NCBI GenBank assembly: GCA_004431415.1
Contig: QPMI01000133.1
Span: 62,001 to 126,000, forward strand
Direction of reading: 5' to 3'
From: Cyanophora paradoxa CCMP329
Taxonomy: Eukaryota > Plantae > Glaucophyta
Length of the DNA stretch: 64,000 bases
Shown here: positions 1 through 9,577 of the stretch, piece after piece
How positions within the stretch are numbered: the first letter of the stretch is position 1
How the letters are laid out: each line of letters starts with the position of its first letter
Program-made: the position numbers and the translations under genes
The notes under the pieces: generated by a model
The model's input: the letters and a program-made list of their open reading frames with translations, nothing else
Told to the model about the DNA's origin: nothing
Database searches by the model: none

Positions 1-1
1 T

Positions 2-2512
2 CGAGTGAGTGGGCAAGGTGACTGATAAGGTCTTACTTCGATTCTCAAACGTGTTCTGTATGACAATATTGCAAGTATTAATATATCGAGAATCGAAAAA
101 GTAATTATTCGTTACTCGATTATCGATCAGAGTTGCATTGGTTCCATTAAATACGAAATTCTGCCCATTTATTCTCGTAGTATGGAGGTCGGTCACATCG
201 AGAGGATACCTTATTTTCAAGCGGTCTTCGGGGTCAAATCGCGGAATAGTTCCTGTTGCCTTCCAATTAATAGTAAAGGGAGGAGAAAGGGACACAGGTG
301 GGATTGGAGTAAGATTAAACTTCGCAAAATACAATCCAACAGGATATCCTGACAGAGCATAGGTCACTGTTGCATTTCCGACAAGTGTAAAGCCGGTGGT
401 TGTTATGTTAGTTGCAACAAATGGGGAGTAGCCGGCTGGTGCATTGTTAATAGAGGTGGTCGACCCATTATTGATCACATACAAATTCGTGTCAGTTATT
501 TCAATAGTAGGAGGGGAAACAAATGGTGTCTCAAATGTGAAATTAAAATTCGCTGGAACCGCTGCAAGGTATCTATATGTTGTTGCTGATATCTCGGATG
601 CCTGGAATACTTTGCTTCCCCTCTGCACTACATTACTGGTGTCTTTCACATTGTGATAGGATATACTGGGAGTTGGGGAGAGCACCAACGAAATAGCATC
701 TGGTAAATCAGACTTCGTTATATACAGTTCTTTGAGAAACTCCTTTCTAAAAGGGGCGGTCAGATCTCCAATAGTAGCCGATGACCCTGCGACCACAATA
801 TTACAGGTGTTTGCATTCAAAGTATAAACTGTGTTCCACCTCAAAGAATTCGCCCCAAGATCGAAATTCTGTGAGAAGGGCACGATATTGCTACCTTGTA
901 AATCTCGGTAAACCTTCACTCTGGGTTTGCTATCGAATTCAGGGGTGATATAATTGATGTTAAGAGTGAAACTAATAGTAGCTTCGGAACTCAATGAGTT
1001 GTTTCGGATGATAAGTAAATTGTATGTCTCGTTAATGACAAACGAAACCTGAAACCCTGTGGAGGTGACATTTTGGATAAATGCTTTATTAGATTCATTA
1101 TTGTTATAGATAGGATTATAATAAGTAGTGTGATCCACCAATGAAACAGTGGGTATATTCGTCTCGAAACCTGTGACACCCAACTGATCCCAAGTGAATG
1201 TATATGTAGGTTTGCCTACGTAAGCGACATAGACCCCATTTGCGAGCTGCTGAGGGTATCCCTCGACAGTGTAGGTCTCAGTTCGCGAAACTGAGCGGGA
1301 AAGATTGCTGTTAAAGTCGTTGTAGCTGATCAGAGCTCTCTCATCAGTGGGTATTTGATTGGGTCGGAGTGAGTGATTTAATGGAAGGATTAAATTGGAG
1401 GCAAACATGGAAACTCCATGCATCTCTGACCATCTCAGATTCGACAAACCAACTCGGTATGTGTTATCAGTCGCGGGGTAAATGTTCCTTTTCGATAGAA
1501 TATGGGCTAAGGTAATTGCAAGCGCTCCATCTGCTGCAAACAGAGCATTAATTTCGGATTGCAAAGCCGCGATTTCGGTAGTGTGGGTCGTGAGGGTTCC
1601 ATCCTGACTTGAATCTTTTGTGTTCTTGTTCCTCTCGAACTCCAAAAACGCCTTTACGATGTCCTTGCCCAAAAGATCGTTTATATTGTCTCTGGTAATG
1701 TAAACATGGTCTGTTCTCAGTGCCTGTTTCTCCGTGGTAAAAGCCGGAATTTCCTCTGCAAATGATATAGTCGTTTTATCAAGTGCTAAGGATCTCACAT
1801 TCGGAGCATTCGCACCGATAATATTTACGACGCTCCCATTTTCCGTGATCTCTAAGACAGGTTTCGCGGGGTCTAATGTGAAAACGCTCTCTGTTATCTG
1901 GGGAACCGATGCGCTCTTCTGAATCACAAAGGATTCGATGTTTAGGTTACAGGTTGCGACATTGGTGGCGAAAAACGACTCGGAGTTAAGCGAGTTTACG
2001 TTAAGAGTATTTGTAGATATGTTACTTGCTGTAATATTACTCGTCGTTAGATTACCTGCTGAGAGATCATGGACGACCTCTACCTTTGTTTTCCGCGTGG
2101 ATACTCCCGCAATAAGTGTGCTATTATCCACGATTCTCAGTGCTGCATTTTGGAAACCGCTCTCATCTTGAATGAAGAAGTTTAAGCGACCTCTATCGAA
2201 AGCTTTTGGGATGTTCCTCCGATTATATCGCACCGTTTTTGGTAGCTGGCGGGTTGCCTGAATGCTGGCGATTCTGTTTCGCTCGTTATCATCAAGTAAA
2301 AAGTCGATTCCAAGTTTATGATCCCCCTTCTCGACGTTCATTAACTGCAAAGCTGCGGGTCTGCTTGGTGTTCCACTGACTGGATCTTCGCGGTCTGCAT
2401 TGTAATTTATTCTCAGAGACCCGCGAATTTCAGTGTTTACCTGATCAGTGTCCTCTATCTGCGTGGTCGAATTAATTACTCGTGCATCTGGTCTCGGATT
2501 CAAAAACGACAT
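2..2512 (-). CDS. Long virion fibre/spike-like protein, at least 837 aa, 3' end outside window (absent from ORF track)
   Basis: Manual translation from ATG 2512 (MSFLNPRPDARVINSTTQ...) stays open to the window edge. N/T/S-rich beta repeats (NLTTSNITASNISTNTLNVNSLN), a short coiled coil (TTHTTEIAALQSEINAL), two fibre-type motifs (NIYPATDNTYRVGLSNLRWSE; NIVPFSQNFDLGANSLRWNT) and two lectin/gp53-like modules (NVTSTGFQV; FTFETPFVSPPTIEIT...NITTTGFTL). Confidence 0.8.
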   Translation of the reverse strand, partial: MSFLNPRPDARVINSTTQIEDTDQVNTEIRGSLRINYNADREDPVSGTPSRPAALQLMNVEKGDHKLGIDFLLDDNERNRIASIQATRQLPKTVRYNRRNIPKAFDRGRLNFFIQDESGFQNAALRIVDNSTLIAGVSTRKTKVEVVHDLSAGNLTTSNITASNISTNTLNVNSLNSESFFATNVATCNLNIESFVIQKSASVPQITESVFTLDPAKPVLEITENGSVVNIIGANAPNVRSLALDKTTISFAEEIPAFTTEKQALRTDHVYITRDNINDLLGKDIVKAFLEFERNKNTKDSSQDGTLTTHTTEIAALQSEINALFAADGALAITLAHILSKRNIYPATDNTYRVGLSNLRWSEMHGVSMFASNLILPLNHSLRPNQIPTDERALISYNDFNSNLSRSVSRTETYTVEGYPQQLANGVYVAYVGKPTYTFTWDQLGVTGFETNIPTVSLVDHTTYYNPIYNNNESNKAFIQNVTSTGFQVSFVINETYNLLIIRNNSLSSEATISFTLNINYITPEFDSKPRVKVYRDLQGSNIVPFSQNFDLGANSLRWNTVYTLNANTCNIVVAGSSATIGDLTAPFRKEFLKELYITKSDLPDAISLVLSPTPSISYHNVKDTSNVVQRGSKVFQASEISATTYRYLAAVPANFNFTFETPFVSPPTIEITDTNLYVINNGSTTSINNAPAGYSPFVATNITTTGFTLVGNATVTYALSGYPVGLYFAKFNLTPIPPVSLSPPFTINWKATGTIPRFDPEDRLKIRYPLDVTDLHTTRINGQNFVFNGTNATLIDNRVTNNYFFDSRYINTCNIVIQNTFENRSKTLSVTLPTHS

Positions 2513-2555
2513 CCTCTTTATAAACAAAGAAGATATATTAGAAGTATATAAGATA

Positions 2556-4049
2556 ATGAAGACCTGCCTCGCTTTGAGTGGCGGGGGGTCGCGCGGAATA
2601 ATCGAGGCTGCTATACTGGCACAGATTGAAGCCCAAACAGGTAAACGAATCCAACAGCTATTCGACTGCTTTGCGGGAACATCCACAGGTGGATTAATCG
2701 CGCTCCTATTAAATATCAAGGGAACCGATGGCGCCCCTAAATATACTGCCACTGATATTCTGGCGCTCTACAAAGCGAAGCTACCGCTCATTTTCGCGAA
2801 TCCACGAGTGCTCACATCGATTGTGCAACGCCCCAAGTATGAAGCCACGAATTTAGAAGCGGTGGCTCTCGAACTCTGCGGCTCAGCGACTATGGCGGAT
2901 CTCTATAAACCCACCATCGTGACTGCGTTTGACACGGTCTTAATGTCCCCCGTTTTTATTTCCAGCAACGACGAAGATATTAATGGGATGCTTGTGCGAG
3001 ATGCTGCAAGGGCTACCTCGGCTGCTCCCACCTATTTCGAGCCGAAACAAGTCACAGTCGCCGGGAGAACATACTGTTTAATCGATGGTTGCATGAGCGG
3101 AAATAATTCGCCCGGGGTTTGTGGCTACACATTCGCCCGCACTTTATTCGGAAACTCTTGCGAGGAGGAGCTTATCGTGGTTTCGATTACGGCGGGTCAC
3201 GTCCAAGACTTAGATAAAGCGACAGCTGGATATTCGTATGACACTATGAAAAATTGGGGAATCGTGCAATGGATGCTAAGCGCGACAGGATCGCCAATTC
3301 TCAGCATGTTCTTAGAGTCGAGCGATCTAAATGCCCACGTAAAGCTGCTGGAACTTTTACCCAGAAATGATGATCAGAACTACGATCGCTACTATAAGCT
3401 GAGCGTCCCTTTACCGAAAGACAAAATGACCCTCGATACTATCACAACGAGTCACCTGCAATATTTGGAAACGGAAGCGCTCGCGTTTGTTTCCGCACAG
3501 CAAACGTATTTTAATGCAATGTATTCAGTGCTGACAATGAATTTATCAGAGGGCGACGTTCCCATAATTAATCTGTCCGGGTGCACAGATGTAAGCGCAC
3601 CCCCGGAGTCCAACTGGGTGCCGCTCGATAATAGCGCTTTTATTGCGGAATTCGGGACAGCCTCCAATGCCCGCTGGTCGAATGCTACGGGGTGGGTGGG
3701 ATTTACCAACCCGCCGCAAGGTAGTAGGTCGGGAGGCAATTATTTACGCATCGATTTTCCGCGTCTGTTCATGCTTTCCTCAATAAAAATGAAGCCGGCT
3801 GCGAATGGCAACTATATTAAAACGTTTGAGATCGATTACCAGCTCACTCCCGGAGTTTCTGCGCTTGTTACATACACAGAAGCCGGCGCGACGAGAGTGT
3901 TTACCAATGCAAATCAAATAGCCGGAAGTGCGGAGCCCGACGAACATTTCTTAGCGAACCCGAGATCTGTGAGAACCCTCGTAATCTGGGTGCTCACGAC
4001 GAATATTGCTTCGGCATGCCGAATTGATTTCGAGGGCTACTACGTTTAA
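2556..4049 (+). CDS. Patatin-like phospholipase fused to C-terminal F5/8 type C (discoidin)-like domain
   Basis: LSGGGSRG glycine loop, GTSTG nucleophile elbow, IDGC catalytic Asp. C-terminus YLRIDF...YIKTFEIDY...PRSVRTLVI...CRIDFEGY fits discoidin spacing. Start taken at ATG 2556. Confidence 0.88.
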   Translation: MKTCLALSGGGSRGIIEAAILAQIEAQTGKRIQQLFDCFAGTSTGGLIALLLNIKGTDGAPKYTATDILALYKAKLPLIFANPRVLTSIVQRPKYEATNLEAVALELCGSATMADLYKPTIVTAFDTVLMSPVFISSNDEDINGMLVRDAARATSAAPTYFEPKQVTVAGRTYCLIDGCMSGNNSPGVCGYTFARTLFGNSCEEELIVVSITAGHVQDLDKATAGYSYDTMKNWGIVQWMLSATGSPILSMFLESSDLNAHVKLLELLPRNDDQNYDRYYKLSVPLPKDKMTLDTITTSHLQYLETEALAFVSAQQTYFNAMYSVLTMNLSEGDVPIINLSGCTDVSAPPESNWVPLDNSAFIAEFGTASNARWSNATGWVGFTNPPQGSRSGGNYLRIDFPRLFMLSSIKMKPAANGNYIKTFEIDYQLTPGVSALVTYTEAGATRVFTNANQIAGSAEPDEHFLANPRSVRTLVIWVLTTNIASACRIDFEGYYV

Positions 4050-4891
4050 TCCGTGATCACTTCCAGCTGGAACGAGTATGAGAGACCGTTTATATCCGCA
4101 ACAGAGCCCCTCCATTTTCGAAGCGAAATTGTGAGACGATCTAAATCGAGTTGCGATGTGACATTTACGAAAGGGATGCTTGCGCTCGGTTCGTGGTAAA
4201 AGGAATATCTACCAAAGTCCGAATTCATCTGAATTCGCAATAGATAGGAGTCGTCGACATTGTTCTGTCTACCTGTAACCGCTGCGAATTTGGTAAACGG
4301 GCGGAGCTCTTCGATATCAAGGTAAATATATGGAATCGCATTAAAGTCGACCATTTTCGGGCATATAATCGCGTAGCGACTGGGGTAATCTCTGAGTGGA
4401 ACCGTCACTGGTTCTGGTGTGCTGGCGTAAACCACTCCGGGTTCTATGCCGAGACAATCACAGAGCTCCTGGTCTGAGGACTCTAATGTAAACGGGCTGT
4501 TTGGAGACGAGAACACGAAGCGGTTAGTAGATAGAGCGAGAGAATAGGAAACCGGGAAGACACCGAGTGGATTAAAAGAACCGCCCGCAAATCCGAGTAA
4601 AGCATCACTGTTTAAAGCTCTCTCTTTCGGATATCGTTCGTTATCAGCATCGACGTAATAATAATCGTTTACGCTGGGAATCGGTGCTATCATTTTGGAT
4701 GCGGGGATTACTGTGGGCTCTTCGTTTAGAAGCGTTATAGTTATTGTCTGTTCGGGCGGAACAACATAAGAGCTATTGGGAATCTCAGCGGATAGCACTC
4801 GAAATCGTCGTACATTATTAAGGCGCGTTTTCAAGTGCAGCACGCCATTTTCAAGGTCTCTACTGTCGCAATTTATTGTTATTCTTTTCAT
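4046..4891 (-). CDS. Minor capsid (penton, single jelly-roll) protein 1
   Basis: N-terminal INCDSRD...LNNVRRFRVLSAEIPNS, YIYLDIEEL and C-terminal LDRLTISLR...DINGLSYSFQLEV, the typical penton pattern of PLVs/NCLDV. Confidence 0.8.
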   Translation of the reverse strand: MKRITINCDSRDLENGVLHLKTRLNNVRRFRVLSAEIPNSSYVVPPEQTITITLLNEEPTVIPASKMIAPIPSVNDYYYVDADNERYPKERALNSDALLGFAGGSFNPLGVFPVSYSLALSTNRFVFSSPNSPFTLESSDQELCDCLGIEPGVVYASTPEPVTVPLRDYPSRYAIICPKMVDFNAIPYIYLDIEELRPFTKFAAVTGRQNNVDDSYLLRIQMNSDFGRYSFYHEPSASIPFVNVTSQLDLDRLTISLRKWRGSVADINGLSYSFQLEVITD

Positions 4892-4907
4892 AATCTATTA
4901 TAGTAAG

Positions 4908-5834
4908 ATGAAAGAATACCTGAGCTTTTCGAGCGATGATCGCGACGAGGAGTTCACACAGCCAAACAAGTATGTAGTGACATTACCCCGTCGCTATGAC
5001 AACGTAAAATCGGTGCGCCTGGTGCAGGCAACGGTTCCGAATGTTCTTTCAACTGTGACGAACGATATCGACGCCACTGGTGCAACCATCGAGCGCATGG
5101 AACTCTATTTCTCGGTCACAGCTTCGGATTCTGGATTCGTGACCATCACAATCCCCAAAGGATTTTACACCAAAGACGACCTTGCCGCAAAAGTCACAGA
5201 AAGACTCGAAGCAGCTCGCCTTTCAGATTTCGGTGGAAAATATATTAAATGCCGCTATAATACTACTTCAAAGATCTATGAGTTTTTCAGTGATAGTAAC
5301 TTTTGGTTCAAGTTCTCCAAAGCTTCCCCTGAAACACTCAGAAAATCCAGTAACCGCAAAGCAATCGCTAAGAAACTCGCAATATTCGGTTTCAAAGATA
5401 TTCAACTATATGTTTACGAGACATTTACCCCTCTTGCAAGCGATACATTCCTTGTGTTTAATCCTGGGACGGGAACTGTGACACTCAATCGACGCATTCG
5501 CGGCTATACTCGTGGAGATGAGACCCCGGCTGCAATGATCTGGCTATATATTGACGAATTCGCGCCGTTTATTCGCTCAGTCAACAAGCACGTCGACGGT
5601 TATTTCATGCGCATTCCAATCCCACAGGAACTCGAACACGGTGATATCTACCACTTTGACACGTCCACTACTGTGCCTCTCGTTCGCGAGTTCCGCGAAT
5701 TAAAATCTTTCGACCGCCTCACGATTAAGCTCATCGACCATGACGGCGCTCTCTTAGATTTCGGGGTTTGGGCGCATTATTTCACTTTTGAAATCGAAAC
5801 CTACGACGCACCGCCGGAAATGAATTTCTACTGA
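4908..5834 (+). CDS. Minor capsid (penton) protein 2
   Basis: FSSDDRD...PNKYVVTLPRRYDNVKSVRLVQATVPN, TITIPKGFYT, IWLYIDEF, FDRLTIKLIDHDGALLDFG...FTFEIE. Start at ATG 4908. Confidence 0.82.
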   Translation: MKEYLSFSSDDRDEEFTQPNKYVVTLPRRYDNVKSVRLVQATVPNVLSTVTNDIDATGATIERMELYFSVTASDSGFVTITIPKGFYTKDDLAAKVTERLEAARLSDFGGKYIKCRYNTTSKIYEFFSDSNFWFKFSKASPETLRKSSNRKAIAKKLAIFGFKDIQLYVYETFTPLASDTFLVFNPGTGTVTLNRRIRGYTRGDETPAAMIWLYIDEFAPFIRSVNKHVDGYFMRIPIPQELEHGDIYHFDTSTTVPLVREFRELKSFDRLTIKLIDHDGALLDFGVWAHYFTFEIETYDAPPEMNFY

Positions 5835-5842
5835 GCCCTGTA

Positions 5843-5853
5843 AATTATTTTCT
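5843..5853 (+). promoter_or_regulatory. Shared viral upstream motif (AATTATTTTCT) before MCP
   Basis: Same motif recurs at ~7224, 8968, 9555, 10123 and 16194, each shortly before an ATG. Confidence 0.6.
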
Positions 5854-5881
5854 GAACCCAAAGATAAGAGAAGAAACGCTC

Positions 5882-7195
5882 ATGGAGACTAACAGCCAAT
5901 TCCAGCGCCCAACGCTGAAATCTATGCTCACCACCGACGACTACAAGGATTATTTCCTAAACAAGTCGCTGGTCATTGGAACGTCCTCTGGCACTAAGCC
6001 ACTTCGAGTTCTGGTCGCCCCCGACACTGAGCCACCCAGCGCTCTCGGCAACCGAGTTGTCTTCAAAATCCCCCGCTACCATTTCCTGAATGGTCTCGCG
6101 CTGCAACTCGATCTTAACCCGATCACCCTCACTGATCTCACGAATGGTGTCGCTGGAACTACTGGCTACCTTCGCGTTATTGGATCGCTAATTAAGCGCA
6201 TCGAAATCTCTCACGCTTCATTCCGCTACGTTGTCCCAGAGGATTTCGTCACCCAGTATTTTCTACTGATGACCGAACAGGGCGAACTCGATAAGAAACT
6301 TCGCTATGTGGGTGGTCTTGTCGGAACCGCTGGTAACACTGTCGGTGGAACCTACGAAATCGATTTACCCTCTCCTTTCGAGAAGGCGATGTTCCCACTT
6401 TGCGCTCTGAACTCTGAGATCGTGGTCGAAATCGAATTCAAGGCGATTGGTGATGGTATCATTGAGGATACTAACAATGTTGCCAATATTGCGGTTACCA
6501 ACAATGGCGCTTCCCTTCAAGTGCTGAAACCCCGCATTATCTGCAAGGTCGTAAATGCCGATGAGGCGGTTGTATCTGAGACCATTGCCCGTGTAAAATC
6601 GACTGGTATCGCGATCCCCTACAACGAAATCGGTTTCCTCCACACAGATTTCCAGCCGACCGCCTCCGGTTCGCGAGTCAATCTCTCGCAACTCACAGGT
6701 GCGGGTCTCATCCACACTCTCGTATTCTCTGTGCGCCAAAACGCGAAGACGAAGGTGAACAACGGAACTCTCTCGGTTCTGGCTCCTCGTGCACTCCGAA
6801 CCAACGCTGTGAACTTCTATGTGGAACTCAACAATAACCGCCTTTACTCGAATACTTCGCTTCCTCTCATGATTGCCGCGACCGAACTTCAAGATAAATA
6901 TAATTCGGCGATCTTTACCGAGAGCACAAGCTACCCCGCTCTCACTGGCATTTACTTCGGTGCTGGAAACGGAAAGGCGTCGCTTCTCAACCAAGAGAAC
7001 ACGGGCTACATCGATGCCACAGGCACATCGGCGTTCGATCTGGTCTTCGAATTCAATGGTGTCACAGCCGGTGGAGTCGGTAATGAGGAGTGGTATGCGG
7101 GCTCCGCGTATCAGAAGATGCAAATTCAGTGCATTGCCCTCGCTCATAACATAATGATAATTTCCGCCGACGGAATCCGAAGAGTATCAGCATGA
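5882..7195 (+). CDS. Major capsid protein (double jelly-roll, PLV-type)
   Basis: 437 aa, beta-rich; VVFKIPR..FLNGLAL, LIKRIEI, IDLPSPF...FPLCALNSEIVVEIEF; lies between the pentons and the ATPase. Confidence 0.78.
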   Translation: METNSQFQRPTLKSMLTTDDYKDYFLNKSLVIGTSSGTKPLRVLVAPDTEPPSALGNRVVFKIPRYHFLNGLALQLDLNPITLTDLTNGVAGTTGYLRVIGSLIKRIEISHASFRYVVPEDFVTQYFLLMTEQGELDKKLRYVGGLVGTAGNTVGGTYEIDLPSPFEKAMFPLCALNSEIVVEIEFKAIGDGIIEDTNNVANIAVTNNGASLQVLKPRIICKVVNADEAVVSETIARVKSTGIAIPYNEIGFLHTDFQPTASGSRVNLSQLTGAGLIHTLVFSVRQNAKTKVNNGTLSVLAPRALRTNAVNFYVELNNNRLYSNTSLPLMIAATELQDKYNSAIFTESTSYPALTGIYFGAGNGKASLLNQENTGYIDATGTSAFDLVFEFNGVTAGGVGNEEWYAGSAYQKMQIQCIALAHNIMIISADGIRRVSA

Positions 7196-7253
7196 GGAAT
7201 TCGTGCGATTACCACATTCAGTCTTATTTTTCTATTGTTTTTATAGTGAAAGA

Positions 7254-8120
7254 ATGCAAAAAGGGACGACGCCCATGGATCTCGAAGAATGGAACCCGAA
7301 ACAAAGGGTGAAACTTCCCGCACGATTTCTCCTATTGGCGAAAACCAATTGTGGTAAATCGGTATTCTTAAAGTGGCTGATCAAAGAACTCGAAGACCAG
7401 ATCTCGTATGTTCTGGTTTTCTGTCCTACGAGTTTTAACGGTTTCTGGGGTCAAATAACAGACGAAGTGCATGATACCTGGAAACCGGAATATGTAGAGT
7501 CGATCATAGAAGCCCGCAAAAAAGCCATCATCGCGGGTAAGAAACCAAAGAATATTCTCATTGTGCTCGACGATTGTTTGGAGTCCGGAACTATCGATCT
7601 CTCGCGCGATCATTTGCTAAATAAATTGATGGCGCAAGGTCGTCATACGTTTTGTTCCGTGGCTTTAATATCGCAGAAACTAACAAAGCTTTCAACGATC
7701 ATTCGCAGCAATGCGGAGTATATCATATTCCTAAGCTGGTCAAACATGCGAGAGTTTGAAGCATATCACGAGGAATTCGGGAACATGGATAAAGAGAGTT
7801 TCAAGCGCATGTTCCAAGAATTCTGTCATAGCTACCAAGCGATCATTCACGATAATACCGGGTATTCTGTGCGATGGTGGGTAGAGAAAGCCGATATGAT
7901 CGATGACCACCCGTTTACTAAATTCCACAAGCGGGCGGCTTTTGAAGAAAAGAAGCGCAAACAGCAAGAGGAGCAAGCTACAAAACCGCCGCCTGTCAAA
8001 GATTCGACAACTGTCTGTAAAACTTTATCCAAATTTGAACGTGAGCTTGAAGGTATCCCCAAACTTTCCCAAATTTCGCCTAAGAAAAAGAAAATGTTAA
8101 TCAAATGTAAGAGAAGATAA
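7254..8120 (+). CDS. A32/FtsK-HerA family DNA packaging ATPase
   Basis: Walker A AKTNCGKS, VLVFCPT, Walker B LIVLDDC, GRH arginine motif, ISQ, IRSN. Confidence 0.92.
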   Translation: MQKGTTPMDLEEWNPKQRVKLPARFLLLAKTNCGKSVFLKWLIKELEDQISYVLVFCPTSFNGFWGQITDEVHDTWKPEYVESIIEARKKAIIAGKKPKNILIVLDDCLESGTIDLSRDHLLNKLMAQGRHTFCSVALISQKLTKLSTIIRSNAEYIIFLSWSNMREFEAYHEEFGNMDKESFKRMFQEFCHSYQAIIHDNTGYSVRWWVEKADMIDDHPFTKFHKRAAFEEKKRKQQEEQATKPPPVKDSTTVCKTLSKFERELEGIPKLSQISPKKKKMLIKCKRR

Positions 8121-8122
8121 TC

Positions 8123-8806
8123 ATGGTCTACCGAAAGAAGCCTCAAACCATTCAAACGGTCGCTTCTGGTAATCCAAATCGCGGACTTGAAGAGTCTGGA
8201 TTAACGTCGGGTGGCGGTCTCGAAATGCCCGAATATCTTGTAGACACTTCGCCAGAGGAGGTTGCCAAGCGAGAGGCAATTATTGCGAGTGCCACCGCGG
8301 ACAAGGGAAACCAAGATAGCGGTAAACGCCAAATGGAGGATTTAGCTACTGTAAAACCACAGATTGGAGGCGGCTCTGTTGATGAAGCAACCGACAAAGT
8401 ACTCAAAGCGCAAGTTGTTGCAAGCCAGCACAAGACACAAGACGTCCCGAAAGCCGCCGAAACCGAGCTTAAAAAGCGCGGATCCTATCAAAAACACACT
8501 GTTCCAGTCGACGTTGTCATGAGCTTCGAAGAGAAAGTGCGAGATCTTGAAATGAAAGTGTCAAACTACGAGAAATGGATGCAAGATTATAACGAACGCA
8601 AGAAATTAAAGGGTCTCGTAAAGAAAGAGATCTCGAAACTCGGATTAAAGCAAAAGGTCGACGTAGAGGAGATTAAAAAGGAGGACAAGACAGATGCGCA
8701 AGCCGTAACTCGTCAGCAATCGGTCGCCCCGCAATATGCACATATAGTGCCGACCGCACCAGCAAATTATGCCGCAATGCTCGGTGGTAAACGCCATATC
8801 CGCTAA
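8123..8806 (+). CDS. Hypothetical viral protein with coiled-coil region
   Basis: 227-aa ATG ORF 2 bp after the ATPase; heptad-like FEEKVRDLEMKVSNYEKW. Confidence 0.7.
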   Translation: MVYRKKPQTIQTVASGNPNRGLEESGLTSGGGLEMPEYLVDTSPEEVAKREAIIASATADKGNQDSGKRQMEDLATVKPQIGGGSVDEATDKVLKAQVVASQHKTQDVPKAAETELKKRGSYQKHTVPVDVVMSFEEKVRDLEMKVSNYEKWMQDYNERKKLKGLVKKEISKLGLKQKVDVEEIKKEDKTDAQAVTRQQSVAPQYAHIVPTAPANYAAMLGGKRHIR

Positions 8807-8836
8807 TGGCTGTGAATATCCGCAAGGCAAAGCTGA

Positions 8837-8890
8837 ACCCGCCCGTATTTAGAGCGGGTCTTAATATGAATGCCCTTGCAAAACGGGCAT
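8837..8890 (+). terminator. Two short hairpins downstream of the morphogenesis module
   Basis: ACCCGC-11nt-GCGGGT (8837-8859) and ATGCCC-9nt-GGGCAT (8870-8890). Stems are only 6 bp. Confidence 0.3.
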
Positions 8891-9010
8891 GTCGGCTCCA
8901 TAAACAGCATTATAAGGTCGACCAATTCGTAGGGGAACACACGAGCAAGTAAAGCCCTCATTCCCTTTTATTTTCTCCGATATTTAATACGTTGCCCAAT
9001 TGTAGGGTCG

Positions 9011-9454
9011 ATGAATTTCATCACACAATGCATTGAGATGTTTCATCTGCACTTTATCTCTCACTGTAAATCCGGATGTTGCGACACAACCGTAGAGGTT
9101 AATATTTCTGACGACGAGCGGCACGCGAGCGAGCCTTGTGCGAGCACCAATGGAGGTAGGCGCCTTTCTGTATATTCTAACCACAGCGACAATCACAACC
9201 ACCCACGTTCTCGATCACCCTCACCTGTGCCCGCTGCCATGAGCTCTAATATAGAAGCCACTCAGATAGAGGATGTACAAATAGAGTATGTTAGAAGGCG
9301 CTCATGTCCCGAATTTGCAGAAGGGCATTTTCGCGCTGATTCACCTTATCCGATGTATAGATTGGATCAAATGGCATTGGGCGACGATGAAAACTTGACA
9401 AACCCTTATGTATATCCTCAGCAGCAAGAAAGACCTGTATGGAACGGTTATTGA
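9011..9454 (+). CDS. Hypothetical viral protein (largely disordered)
   Basis: 147-aa ATG ORF preceded by the shared TATTTTCTCC motif. Confidence 0.55.
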   Translation: MNFITQCIEMFHLHFISHCKSGCCDTTVEVNISDDERHASEPCASTNGGRRLSVYSNHSDNHNHPRSRSPSPVPAAMSSNIEATQIEDVQIEYVRRRSCPEFAEGHFRADSPYPMYRLDQMALGDDENLTNPYVYPQQQERPVWNGY

Positions 9455-9577
9455 GCGGTGAATTTCGGTGGCGCTTGTATCGATTCGAGGGCAAAAAATG
9501 AAGGTTTTGATAAAAGGTATATAAAGGCAAGGAAATAATACAGAGTGACAAAAAAATATTTTCTCCTGTTAGAGTAA

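Noticed and set aside
2448-7253. Longer starts in the ORF track (2448, 4776, 7203)
   Set aside because: They use non-ATG codons that overlap divergent genes or promoter motifs; domain homology begins at ATG 2556, 4908 and 7254.
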